This document shows, piece by piece, positions 37,585 through 52,639 of a DNA stretch of 64,000 nt; the stretch's first letter is position 1, and each line of letters begins with the position of its first letter. The stretch spans positions 84,338,397 through 84,402,396 of the forward strand of contig NC_068983.1 of NCBI RefSeq assembly GCF_001194135.2, written 5' to 3'. The notes below the pieces were generated by a model. It did not search any database, had not been told where the DNA came from, and worked only from the letters and a program-made list of their open reading frames with translations. A program made the position numbers and the translations under genes. This DNA is from Octopus bimaculoides (Eukaryota).

Positions 37585-38536
37585 GTATTTGAAATTTGTA
37601 TTTTGTTGGGGGTGGGTACTATCTCAATTTATACAAACTCTTATAAGTTCATACAGTGCAAAGCTTTATAAGTCATGAAATGTCCTACAGTAATATAGTA
37701 TTACACTATGCTTATTGTATTCTATTTACCTTTTCCATTTTTTACCAATTTTATTTCTAACATTTTAAAGTCCCTGGGCACCTTTAATCTGCATATTCAA
37801 ACTTTTCTTGAACAGTTTTTGTAATTTGAATAAATACCCTGATTCTTATCACTACTTGATGATGCATTTAATTACAAATCTTTTATAAAAGTGTGGGTAA
37901 GGTGCTTGCTTCCCAACCATGTGGTGTTGGGTTCAGTGCTTCTTCATGGCATCTTCACTGAGTGTCCTCTGCTATAGCTTTGGGCCAACCAAAGCCTTGT
38001 GAGAGGATTTGGTAGACAGAAACTGAAAGAAGCCCATTAGCCAAAGCCTGGTGCAGCCCCTTGCCTTACCAGCTCCTGTCAAACCATCCAACTCATGCCA
38101 GCGTGAAAGACAGACATTAAATGAGGATGTCTTTTTGTTTGTTCCCCACCACTGCTTGTAACTAATGTTGGTTTGTTTACATCCCTTTTACTTGGAGGTT
38201 CAATAGAAGATAGCAATTGAATAAGTACTGAGATTGATCTAATTAATTTGCCTCCTCACCCCACCCCACAAATTCTGGCCTTGTGCTAAAATTAAAAAGA
38301 ATTATTATTCATTGAATTTAATTTCAAAATATTTTTCTTTAATCAGTGCCAAACCTATAAAAGTTGGAAGAGGTTTCCTTTTCTTGCTTTGACAGATACA
38401 ACTGCTAGGTGTATATATAACCAGTTTAGCAATAGCCATGGCTCTGTTGTATTGATTCAGTTACAAAGACCTTTTCAAACTCTTAGAAATTTTAAAATTA
38501 AATAATTTTAAGGTATGTTTTCCTTTTCATTAACAG

Positions 38537-38958
38537 ATGAAATTGGTAAAGTTAGAAATGACCGGAAAACTAGAACTGAAAAGATCCCATTAAGTACTTC
38601 AGAGAATATTCCTGAAAAATTGAAATCTCAAAAAGAACCTTGCAAACCGGAACAAAAACTTCCTGCTCAAAACCAATCAAAGACCAACCGAAGAAAATTA
38701 GAGCTTGCTCGTTATGGTTTTATCAATCCAGTTGATTTCCTTGATGGTTCTCCAAAAGCAAAGAAAACAGTCAGCATGTCTCGTGATGTTGAAATAATTG
38801 ACCAGAATGGAAATAAGGAACAGAAACTTGCCTCAACACCCTCAGCTATTTCCCAACAAACAAAGAGGAAATCTAAAGGCAAACTTGCTCCTCGCAATAA
38901 AATTATTGAAGTAAAAGCTCCACCTGATAATAGTGGAATGGAATGTGCACAGCAATAG
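38537..38958 (+). CDS. SPDL1: Spindly terminal coding exon ending in CaaX motif ECAQQ*
   Basis: taacag|, phase 1 fits the previous exon. C-terminal CAQQ corresponds to the farnesylated CPQQ of human Spindly. Exon lengths sum to 3396 nt = 1131 aa + stop. Confidence 0.92.
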
Positions 38959-38964
38959 AATAAA
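38959..38964 (+). terminator. AATAAA polyadenylation signal directly after the Spindly stop codon
   Basis: Sequence TAG-AATAAA. Whether it is used cannot be told from DNA. Confidence 0.45.
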
Positions 38965-41900
38965 AATGTAATATATATATATATATAATGAAACATTTCT
39001 TTGAAGAAATTGTATATTAAAATCTATATTCACTATTTTAATAGTTGGCTTGAGTTTGCCAATAATGAAACAAATTTGGTTAAAGGAGAAACTAGCCAAA
39101 GTTACGCTAATATGTGTCAAAACAGAGCATAAGTATTTTGTCTGATAAAAGGATGTTGCCGATCACTTCAAATTCAGAAATTTGAGAGAAAGTTGAACTG
39201 TTGATAACTATTGTAGATATGGTATGAAGCTGCACAAGTGCTTTTTGTAAATTAAATGTAGGTTTATAAAATCGATTTTACATAATAAATTTAAATTACC
39301 AGGAATATTGCTTTGTTTGTTTGTCGAAGACAGGTGCAAGAGATGCAGTTGAGATTAGAATGGTTAATGCTTACAGATTTAGTCCAGGATAAATAATATA
39401 TGACAATTTTTTATGTGAAGTACTAGGATTTTTTATTAAGATTTAGATGGTGGAAACAAATGCATCAGGTAAGATTTTATTCGGACATTCCACCTTGTAA
39501 TCATAGCATTTAAACAATTTATCTTTGGAGGAGGGACATATGGATTTCTCAATGGTTTAGAGGCCAACAATCAGGTTTTGAGTGGTGAAACAAAGACCAT
39601 AGATTACATTTGTCTATGGTGTGTAAAGTATTCAATTTAATCCAATTAGTCTTTGTTTTAAGATATAAATTTTGGATGAACTTGATAAAATTTTCATAAA
39701 ATTGGTGCTTGCAAGACATTTAAAATTATATAGATAAGCCATTTTAGGTAGATTGGTATCAAAAGGGTAAGCATGACATCTTGTAATTAACCTGTGTAAA
39801 AAGATTTTTGTGCAAGCTATCCATCAGAATTATACAGGGTGTTAAGTAAACAGGACAAAGAAAAGCTGAATTTGGCACCACATGATTTAGTATTTAGAAA
39901 AAAAAAACTACATAAAGGTCCGACTGATGAATTGCAAATGCAGAGTATACTTCAATAGTGGTTGGTGGGTATAAATATGAAATGATCATATGCTTTCCTA
40001 AAATTATAAAGAATGTCAAGCTCATATTCATAACCTGGGATCATCCTTAATTAAGGATTAAAAGGCACATCTACCATAACCAGCTTAAAACAATGCATAT
40101 TTTACATTAATCGATCTTTAACCTTTTTGTTACCATATTTTGGTGGAAGGTTTTAGTTTAAACCCCAGAATTTGTATCCAAGATCATAAAATCAGTTAAA
40201 GATGGTGAAACATAATGAGGATTTGGTTGCAAATTCGAACTGGCAAAGTAGTCTGTTACCTCTCTCCCCATCTAAAGTAATAACACTTCAACAAATTTTT
40301 TAAAATGAAACAACTTCAGGCTAGTCTGGTGGGGTATCAATTGTATATTACAAATTTTGTCAAACCTTTAGTCACTAAAATACCATAGCCTATTTGAATT
40401 TACCAATTTGACAGGTTATGCAAATTGTTTAAAACCATCCAGTCATAATAAAATTTTTAAAAAAAGGAAATATAGTGTACACTGATTTTCTGACATCTCA
40501 TTCCAGACATTATCTGACAATTTTCAACTACCAAACCTTCACTATTAAAGCTGGAAACTTTCTGTAGATACAATTGTAGCAATATGCAGGTGAAAAACTA
40601 GCTTAAATCTAGTCTTTGTTTCAAGATATAAATTTTGGATGAACTTGATAAAGATCCCATTAAGTTCTTTTTTGTTAAGATGAATCAGAAAATCTTCACT
40701 GCTTTGAAGATAAGCTTCAAGATGGGCAACTATGAGGTTGCCATGTGCCTTCAGATTGTATTTTAATGTTTAACATTGAAAAAACAGGAGTGTGACAAAG
40801 AATAAAAATGGGAACAAGTTATGACTAGTAAAATAAAGTAATCTACTTAACCACCCACTTTCAGCTAGAATATATTAAATGAAATTAAAATGCATTTCCT
40901 CCTGACTATTTTCTTGTTAGGAGAATACTTAGAAGAGCAAGTTTACACACAGAATAGGGATGCTTGAAAAGATATGTCAACTATTGTTGATGTTTAAAAC
41001 GAGTCAAGTCTATGAGAAAAAGCTGCTGCTTGAAGTGCTTGCCAAACCTACCTTGTATTTTTATGCTCATGCTTCAGATATTAAAACAGTATTAGCCACT
41101 GTAACATTTGTCTATTAAAACAGTTACATTTTTACAGAATGTACCAATATAAACCTCATGTAGCACCTAGAAGTGTTGACCATCCTATAAAAGGAAATAC
41201 TATACACACTATGTAACAGCAACATTTCCTAATACATACTTCCTAAGTTTAACTACTTTTAGTGCAAATTTGAACACCCATAAGTTAGTTAAGAGGGATA
41301 CCTTTTAAGATTTTCAAAATGCAGCCCAGAGTTATTTGTACTAAAAGTGATTGCATTGGTGCCATTCCAAGTCCTAGTAAAGAGTACTCATTTAAAGCCC
41401 AAGTTTTATTCTTGTAATATCCAATTCAAAAAGTTAAATAGATTTTGCTTAAGTTATTCAGAGAGGAGTCGAATCATACACAGATGAATTGCATTAATGG
41501 ATTACTTTATAATCCTCAATCAGTATTGTTTGCATTGTGCTCCATCACTAATAGACACCAAGATGTTAACTAATTTCTAAAATTTTCTCTAACATAGAAA
41601 AATTTTATTAGCGCTTATTTGAAGTTGAGATCGGATTCCCTTATCTACCAGGTCTGAACTTCAAAACCTTGCAAAGTACATAGCAATATATAAATTGTCA
41701 AACATCTTACCTGGAAAATATAACTACAGACAAACCACAGAAGCTACAGCAGCTGAAAGTGGTGTTCAGTCTTAAGTTTACCTTGCAAAAAGGTCAAATT
41801 TTCTGAATTATAAATTTACAAAGTTGACAACTTCCAGTATATGACAAATGAAGCTAGGTTTGTGGCTGGTTTCAACTGAGGTGACAGTTCACTCACTATC

Positions 41901-43242
41901 TGCGAGTAGAAGACACTATCAGGATATTTAATCACGTCAATTCTGTCAAGATGTTTGTTCTCATAGCATTTACTCATCTAAGTATCTTTCTATTTAGAAA
42001 GGTCTTACTTGGAATTTCTCATTCTAGAATGAGCCACAAGGCTCTAAAAAAATGTGCTGCAGAACGTAGCTCAATATTGGTTAGGATACTGAGCATGTAA
42101 ATACCTGAAAGGTTTATCAAATTCTCAGTTACTCAAACACCTGGTTGTAGCAATAAAAATGGCATTTAAAACAAAAGACCTTTTTACCTATTGACTCCTT
42201 TATAGTTCTTAAAATAAGACTCAAAATATCTCAGAAACACATACCTTACACATCCTTTCAACTGAATTGTAGAGTACAAACCTTAAACATTAGAAAGTTA
42301 TGTGACTAGTAGCATTACCCACTACATTGGATGTCTAAACAAATTTCACTGCCATTTTATCAAAACAGCATGGATAAAAATTGTAAATTTTAGATGCTTT
42401 CCAGATGACTGAGCCAAGCAGAATATGCTAAAATGTTAAATTTAAATTTACTTTAGCATATTAAAGCTAATGGCATTATTTTCAGATCAATGAAATTGAA
42501 AACCAAACACCAAATTAATTATTATGCATTTATTTTTAGCAGGAATAGCTATTTGCCATAATTCAAAGCAACAAATGCAAAAAGCTTAAATCCATTTTAG
42601 TACTAAATACTCAAATTAGCAATACAACAATTTTGCAGATAAATTGAAGCCAATAACTTGAGGGACAGAGGGTAGAAAAAAAGAAATAACTTCACTAGCA
42701 TATGTAAAAACTGAAATGTGCTAGGTAGCTTACTTCTACACGAGCCATTTTAACAAAAAGCATCTGAGGATATTAGAAGTTGAAACACTGAATATTTTGT
42801 CAATGCAATGCTAATTTACAAATCAAGTTAAAATGCAATGAATTGTAAAATAGCAGTTAAATAAGTCAAATAAAGCATTTCACAAACGCTTTTTATGCTT
42901 TATTTCACTAAAAAACAAAAAATAATGTACACAGTAGCAAAGATGTGTCTATACAACTGTATACATTTTACTTCATACTCAAGCTGCTACAAAGCAGCAA
43001 TAATTCAAGTGAAAAAACATTCAGAATTTAAATCCAACAACCTAAGGTGCTTATAGCTAAGATCAAAATAAAATGACATCCTAAGTTACTTCAGAACCTA
43101 AAAGCATTAAGATTCTTTCAGAGAAATTCTAAGTTATGGGTCAATAGTTGTACTACCAATGCAAACAAAAGAAAACATTGATAAAACTAAAAAAATTATT
43201 TTGAAGAAAAAAAATAAAGCTTAATTCATGATATAGTTCAAT

Positions 43243-43248
43243 TTTATT
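43243..43248 (-). terminator. Candidate polyubiquitin poly(A) signal (a second candidate is at 42899-42904)
   Basis: AATAAA on the minus strand ~155 nt and ~500 nt after the stop codon. Confidence 0.4.
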
Positions 43249-43401
43249 TAAGCAAACATTAGATTTGCACAAAATAGACCTAGTCTGTGGAAAATTTATA
43301 TACAGAAAATCCACAGGTTAAAAGGATCAAATTTTTGTAAAGTCAAATGGGGGTTTTAGGCAAGTAGGGAAATGATTCTTTTAAAAACCACCTCTCAACC
43401 A

Positions 43402-45851
<2,450 letters not shown>

Positions 45852-47701
45852 TTACGAGAATAAAGCAAAAACTTTTACCATGTACGCATTACAAAAAAAA
45901 ACATTTACATAGAAATTCATTGTGCAAGATGGACGGACGTGGGGTGAAGCCTGTTTGAAAAACTAGAACGCATGATTTAATTTTAGTTTCAGTCTGCCAA
46001 GTTAGTAAATGTATCAATGTCAGTCATTTTAGCAGTAACAATTGTTTTCCGTAAAACATCTGCAGTTACCTAATATACTGTCATGACTTGCTAGTGGTCC
46101 AATATTTTTTATCCTTTGTTACTTTTAGTTGTGACGTAAAAATATCTAAGAAAAACGATAAGAATGCCGACCACTGATGTGTTGCACCAAACATTAGCCT
46201 TAAAGATTACGAATCGACTATATAATCTTGAAATAGCTGTTACTGTTTTTAAACTTTAAAAATTCAAGATATGCACCAAGTTTGTATGCTTTCAGTTTTG
46301 AACTAATTCTCACACGGGTAAATTATGGTAAATACCGGACACACTAACACGACTGCTAAAATGCAATGACATTTGGGTGGTTTAAAAACAATACAAAATA
46401 ATTTTCTAAACGCTTCACATGATGTGGAAAAAAAAAAATTAATATTGTTTGATCCAATATAGTAGAGACTGCTGTAATGAAGATAAAACAATCCTGTAGT
46501 AACTCAGAAAATCTGCAGTCACTATTTACAAGATTGGAACAAACGCTAACTTTAATATTTATACAATTACAGCTGTTATAAAAACATTCAAGTATACCGA
46601 TTCCAAGTACTATAAAAAATATGTTCGCGTTTTGTATTCTTCGTTTTATTACAGCCGTAATATAATAAAGAAGCGCCATTAAGTCTACACATTTCCACAA
46701 ATACATTAAGCCACAATCAAAGTGATCACAGAAAAATATTTAGGTTTGACCTTGCTGGGAGGTCACTTTAAAAACTCCAGCTGATTATATTGTTTAAAAA
46801 AGGTCCAGAGATTTTGCAGAAATCAAAATATTGTCATATGTCGCATGTGTGTAATTAACAGTTGGAATATTGAGAATATCTAAACGATTACGTCGCCTAA
46901 TATTCAGAGAATGGAAGCCATTGGACGGTGAACCAGTTTCGGCTGTTCCAACTGTTGAATAAAATTATCAATATATGGACTTCAAAACCAGTAGTAGTAA
47001 CTGTACTTAGGTGACATCATGGACTAGCTTTGCTGGCGCAGATTAAGACCAAGAAAACGATTCTAGTAGTTTCGTGTTTTAAACTTCAACGTATAAAGCA
47101 CCGACTTGGCAAATAAAAGCATGTCTACAAGGTTTCTTTCAGTGATGTAACTAAATGCAAGGGGGAAAAAATATAAAAACGCCCGATAGGACTATCTAAC
47201 TTTTTTCTAAGAGTTCTTGCAAGATTTTAAGTAAAGACAATTGCTTGAAAATATTTTACGCCGTTGAAAATGTTAGCCGAAAATATATGCTAACTACGTA
47301 ATCAAACAGAGTCAACTTTCATTAACAGCATCGCCATTTCAGAGTTCTTTAATGAACATAAATTTAATAAGATTCTACATTGCTTTTAGTAGCTTACAAT
47401 TTCAATATCAAATTTGTAGTTTAGCCCAAAGCCAGAATGACCAGACCTGTTATGAAAAAAGCGTGACCATCCCGACTTTGTACAATACTATCCTGGACGA
47501 AATTCTTTAATATGTCCTTTCTCGGGGTATAATTTGAAACTGAAATTTCTGCTACCAAGATAAAGGCTCCATAATAGTCCGTTAAGGAAAAGGTTCTACG
47601 ATTTCAAAAACTAATACTTTTGTTTTAGGTAATAAGTTATTTTTCATAATAAAATCATGGGCTACTTAGAAAAGCAGGAAATTGCAATACTTAATATGTT
47701 G

Positions 47702-47716
47702 CGAACATTCCAGAAT
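47702..47716. promoter_or_regulatory. Three-unit heat shock element (nGAAn-nTTCn-nGAAn)
   Basis: cGAAc aTTCc aGAAt in a CpG-rich block ~1.9 kb upstream of the polyubiquitin ATG. Confidence 0.5.
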
Positions 47717-49811
47717 TTTTCTTTGTCAATTCCGAGAAGCTACGACCAATTTTTTTCGTCAATAGTTGAAAAATGAACGCCAACAAGGATGCATATTCGA
47801 TGCCGGAATTAAAGCAAATGAAATATGGCTTAAATGTGGAACGATAAATGACATGGTTACAGAGAAATAACGTTATGTAAATCGGGTTGTAACTAATGGA
47901 ATGATTTATCGGTTTACACTAAGAACGAGAGTTTTACAAAAGAAAAAGAAAGGAAACCTTATAAATACACTTAGAATATACAAAAAAAGAGCCAAACCTA
48001 TAAAGTTATATTAAACTTCAAAGCGGTTTCTGATATGTTGCTAGAGAAAGTCGAAACACTAAACCAAACAAAACCAACAATGGACGCCCTTGGTTTCAAA
48101 AAAAGAAACAGAACGACCGTTGTCACTCATCACGTCCCTCGACATTTTAGTATCGCGAACATTTTACGGTATTCATCAGGTGCTTTTTGACGGAGAAATT
48201 TCCCTTCGATTGTTTTTTAATCCACCCATCCCCACTGTAGCTTTATCACTAAAATTTAAAAACCTAGAATGTTCATAATGAGCGGGTGAAGAACATCTAG
48301 TATTTTTATTTTCCTTCTGCAAGCTCCATACGTAACGAAACGAATTAATTTCTAAGTGATAATTTTAATTGCCCGAATATAAAGAATGTTTTTTTGCCCG
48401 TAACCGAGAAACAATGAAATTTACAATTACTAATTCTCTCATCAAGCTAGAGAAGATTTATCCAGCCATTTTGAATGGGAAGATACGAGGAAAGGAAGAA
48501 GAACGGCAAGCAGAAGTCTTGTTACAAACTATTCAGTTTCTTAATAAGCGTGTCAATTAAAATACATGTAACAAATGAAAGAGGGAATTCAATTAAATCG
48601 AAATGAATATATCAAATAGTTTTCCCTTTCGATACAATGAACAAATATGTCCGACTTATGAAGGGGGGAAAAAAAACAAAAAAAACGCAAGCAGGAAAAT
48701 AGTGTAGAGTTGCAGAAATACTTAAATACAATTATAACTGGTGTAGTTTCCTACCATTATAAAACAGTGAATCACACACATATTATATATATATTACATA
48801 AATACATAGCAATCTTTTACAAAAATCACTCCATTTCACAAATTATTTTAAAATAGGCGTAAAAAATTCGTTGAGTTGAAAATATTTTCTTTCATCTTTT
48901 AGAGGGAAAACAATATGGCTGAAATAGTCAAATAAATAGATCCAGAAAATTCTAGTCATACTTACAAGGACGTGAAGTGATCTTCTTGTTATAATTAATA
49001 AGAAAGCTGCAATTCTTCTTAACCACAATCCAAATTAAGCAATGGCCGATAGCAGTTGTATTTATATTATAAAGCCACTGTTCTGATTGGTTGATTTATT
49101 TCAAACACACACACATACACACATATAAGGGAGGTTTGACTTCACACACACTTCCACTGACATATAGATAAGCTTGAACGCAAGCAAATATACATAATCT
49201 GATAGGCGAGTTAGATGTAATGTGTACATACACACTCACTTTATATATACATATATAATGCAATCATATATTCACATGATCTGACGGACATATACACGTA
49301 ACCTCATACACATATAATAAAGACACACACACACCCAGATGATGCAGCAACTTTCTAGAAAACACACACATACATATACGCACTTATACACACACACACT
49401 GACCTACGTAAACGCATCTATGTACACACCTACATCTACTGATGACTACTTATCGATATCTACGTTCTCACACAACTTCTAGATAACACCTCGAACGTTC
49501 ACTCATTTGATTGTTTGGGTTTTATTTTTAAAAAAGAACTGGAGTGGGTTGAGATGGATAAAAAGAGAAACACCAAGCTTGCTTTGTTTTGATTTATAAT
49601 TAACGTCAATGACCGTGACTATTGGGCTTACGTAATACTTTTTTTCCTTTTGACACCTGCTAGTTGATTCATTATTTTTGAATATATATTTACGTAAACA
49701 AATATGCCTATAAATAATTAAAACTATAACTTCGTTACTCAAACACTACTCTGGTCTCAGATTAAAAGTGTCTAAAAATATACGATGGGCCCCTACATAG
49801 ACTGATAAAAG

Positions 49812-49862
<51 letters not shown>

Positions 49863-50555
49863 AGAGGAGACGTGCTGCCATTCGATCTTCTAGAAATAGC
49901 TCCCATATCTCCCTAAAGACATACCCTACTACCTTCAAAAGGAGAAAGGTGTTCGATAATGTAGTCCTAGATAATGATATCCTTTAAAATGCGGATTCNN
50001 NNNNNNNNNNNNNNNNNNNNNNNNNNNNNNNNNNNNNNNNNNNNNNNNNNNNNNNNNNNNNNNNNNNNNNNNNNNNNNNNNNNNNNNNNNNNNNNNNNNN
50101 NNNNNNNNNNNNNNNNNNNNNNNNNNNNNNNNNNNNNNNNNNNNNNNNNNNNNNNNNNNNNNNNNNNNNNNNNNNNNNNNNNNNNNNNNNNNNNNNNNNN
50201 NNNNNNNNNNNNNNNNNNNNNNNNNNNNNNNNNNNNNNNNNNNNNNNNNNNNNNNNNNNNNNNNNNNNNNNNNNNNNNNNNNNNNNNNNNNNNNNNNNNN
50301 NNNNNNNNNNNNNNNNNNNNNNNNNNNNNNNNNNNNNNNNNNNNNNNNNNNNNNNNNNNNNNNNNNNNNNNNNNNNNNNNNNNNNNNNNNNNNNNNNNNN
50401 NNNNNNNNNNNNNNNNNNNNNNNNNNNNNNNNNNNNNNNNNNNNNNNNNNNNNNNNNNNNNNNNNNNNNNNNNNNNNNNNNNNNNNNNNNNNNNNNNNNN
50501 NNNNNNNNNNNNNNNNNNNNNNNNNNNNNNNNNNNNNNNNNNNNNNNNNNNNNNN

Positions 50556-50590
<35 letters not shown>

Positions 50591-50794
50591 GGTGGAGGTT
50601 ATGTCTCCATAACTTAGCATAAGAAACCAATGGGATAAGTACCAGGCTTAAGAAATAAATCCTGGGGTCAATCTTTTTCAACTAAAGTTTTTCAATGTGG
50701 TGCCCAAGCATGACTGCAGTCTAATGAGTGAAACAAGTAAAAGACCTCTTCTTTAACTCATATATGTATATGTGTATATATATATTAGAACTAG

Positions 50795-51090
50795 TAGACA
50801 GCTTCTGTTACCCAGGTGACCAAGTTAGCAGTGGAGGAGGAAGTTCTGAAAGTGTAGTTGCTAGAATAAGAACAACCTGAGCGAAGTTCAGAGAGTTTTT
50901 GGTAACTAAGGGTCTCTCCCTCACAGTGAAAGGCAGATTTTATGATGCCTGTGTACGAATAACTATGTTACGTGCTAGTGAAACATGGACTTTAACTACA
51001 GAGGATTTGCGAAGACTTAAAAGAAATGAAGTTAGCATGCTCTGCTAGATGGGTAATGTCAGTGTGCACACAGAATAGAGTGTAAATGAT
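50795..51090 (+). mobile_element. RTE-LINE RT C-terminal fragment
   Basis: KGRFYDACVRITMLRASETWTLTTEDLRRLKRNEVSML. Confidence 0.75.
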
Positions 51091-51668
51091 TTAACCTTCT
51101 GGCTACCAATGGGTCCAGAGGACCCATTTCAGTTTTTTCATTTGCTTTTTCTTACTGTTTGTATTATTTGATTCTGCTGATTTCTTGAGACTTATTTTTT
51201 CTTGACTCTCTTTTATTTGTCAAATGGGAAATTTTCTGCACATTTATGAAACCTAGAAATGTTCACTTTATACATTAATTAGCATATGGGTCTATTGGAT
51301 CCTCGAATTAAATTCAAACAATTTTCTTGTCATTCTAAACAATAAAAGTAGTATCAAATATTATTTTCCTAGATATTATCTATATATATAAAACTGAGAA
51401 TGTGTGTCTGTCTTTCTGTCTGTATGTATGCGTGCATCAGTCAACAGATTTCATTCAAATTTTACACATGCCCTACATAGGGTCCATGCAGTGTCATGGG
51501 CCAAAAAAAATTTCAACTTCTTGCCTAATGCAAACCCAGTGCAATCTCTTATCACTTACACTATTTCAGTATTACGTGTCAAAAGTGAAACAATAACATC
51601 TCTATTGTAATACTTTCACTATTATATACTTTCATTATTATCTCACATATATACATGCATAATCACAA

Positions 51669-51709
<41 letters not shown>

Positions 51710-51724
51710 CATATATATATAAGA

Positions 51725-52025
51725 GCACTACAAGGGTCCCAGCTGATACAATTAACGGAACAGCTTGCTAGTGAAATTAATGTGTAAGTGGCTAAGCACT
51801 CTACAGACACGTTCACCCATGACATAGTTCTCAGGGAGATTAAGTGTCACACAATGTGTGACAAGGCTGACCTTTTGAAATACAAGAACTACTCATTTTT
51901 ACCAGCTGAGTGGATGGGAGCAACATGAAATAAAGTGTCTTGCTCAAGCAAACAACACGTTGCCGGGAATTGAACTCACGACCTTACGATCATGCGCCAA
52001 ATGCCCTAACCACTAAGCCACGTGT
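51725..52025 (-). mobile_element. SINE family C. A second copy is at 61450-61772 (+)
   Basis: tRNA-like head gcttagtggttagg...gtgagttcaatt and core gtgtccttgagcaagacact; the two copies are reverse-complement homologues. Confidence 0.7.
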
Positions 52026-52054
52026 ACTCACACATGTATATATGTATGTATGTA

Positions 52055-52103
<49 letters not shown>

Positions 52104-52109
52104 AAATCC

Positions 52110-52285
52110 TCATCATCATCGTTTAACATCCGCCTTCCATGCTAGCATAGGTTGCATGATTTGACTAAGGACTGGCGAACCAGAAGGCTGCACCAGGCTC
52201 CAATCTGATCTGGCAGAGTTTCTACAGCTGGATGCCCTTTCTAACGCCAACCACTCCGAGAGTGTAGTAGGTGCTTTTACATGCC
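52110..52285 (-). mobile_element. RTE 3' end. Other short copies at ~38040-38130 (+) and ~63020-63150 (-)
   Basis: catcatcatcgtttaacatccgccttccatgctagc signature. Confidence 0.75.
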
Positions 52286-52345
52286 AAGTCAGGCATATGT
52301 ATATATACATATATATATTTATATATTATGTCTATATATATATAT

Positions 52346-52382
<37 letters not shown>

Positions 52383-52525
52383 GTCAGAGATATGCATGTA
52401 TATATGTGTATATATACATCTGCATATATATATATGTAGATATATAAATGTATATGTATACATGTATATGTAAACATGCATATGTATAGATGTATATGTA
52501 TAGATGTATGCATATNNNNNNNNNN

Positions 52526-52574
<49 letters not shown>

Positions 52575-52639
52575 TATTTTTTCTTTAATGTTTCAGCTGC
52601 AAAGCTGCAATCATGCTGGAGCACCACCATTATTTGGAA

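Noticed and set aside
41615-41670. 10-bp stem ttttgaagtt/aacttcaaaa with CTGA before the 3' arm (snoRNA- or miRNA-like)
   Set aside because: No box C, about 50 nt in total, and the stem is too short for a pre-miRNA.
46356-46706. 116-aa hydrophobic minus-strand ORF upstream of polyubiquitin
   Set aside because: Composition is as expected for AT-rich non-coding DNA, no motif is recognisable, and it probably lies in the 5'-UTR intron or promoter.
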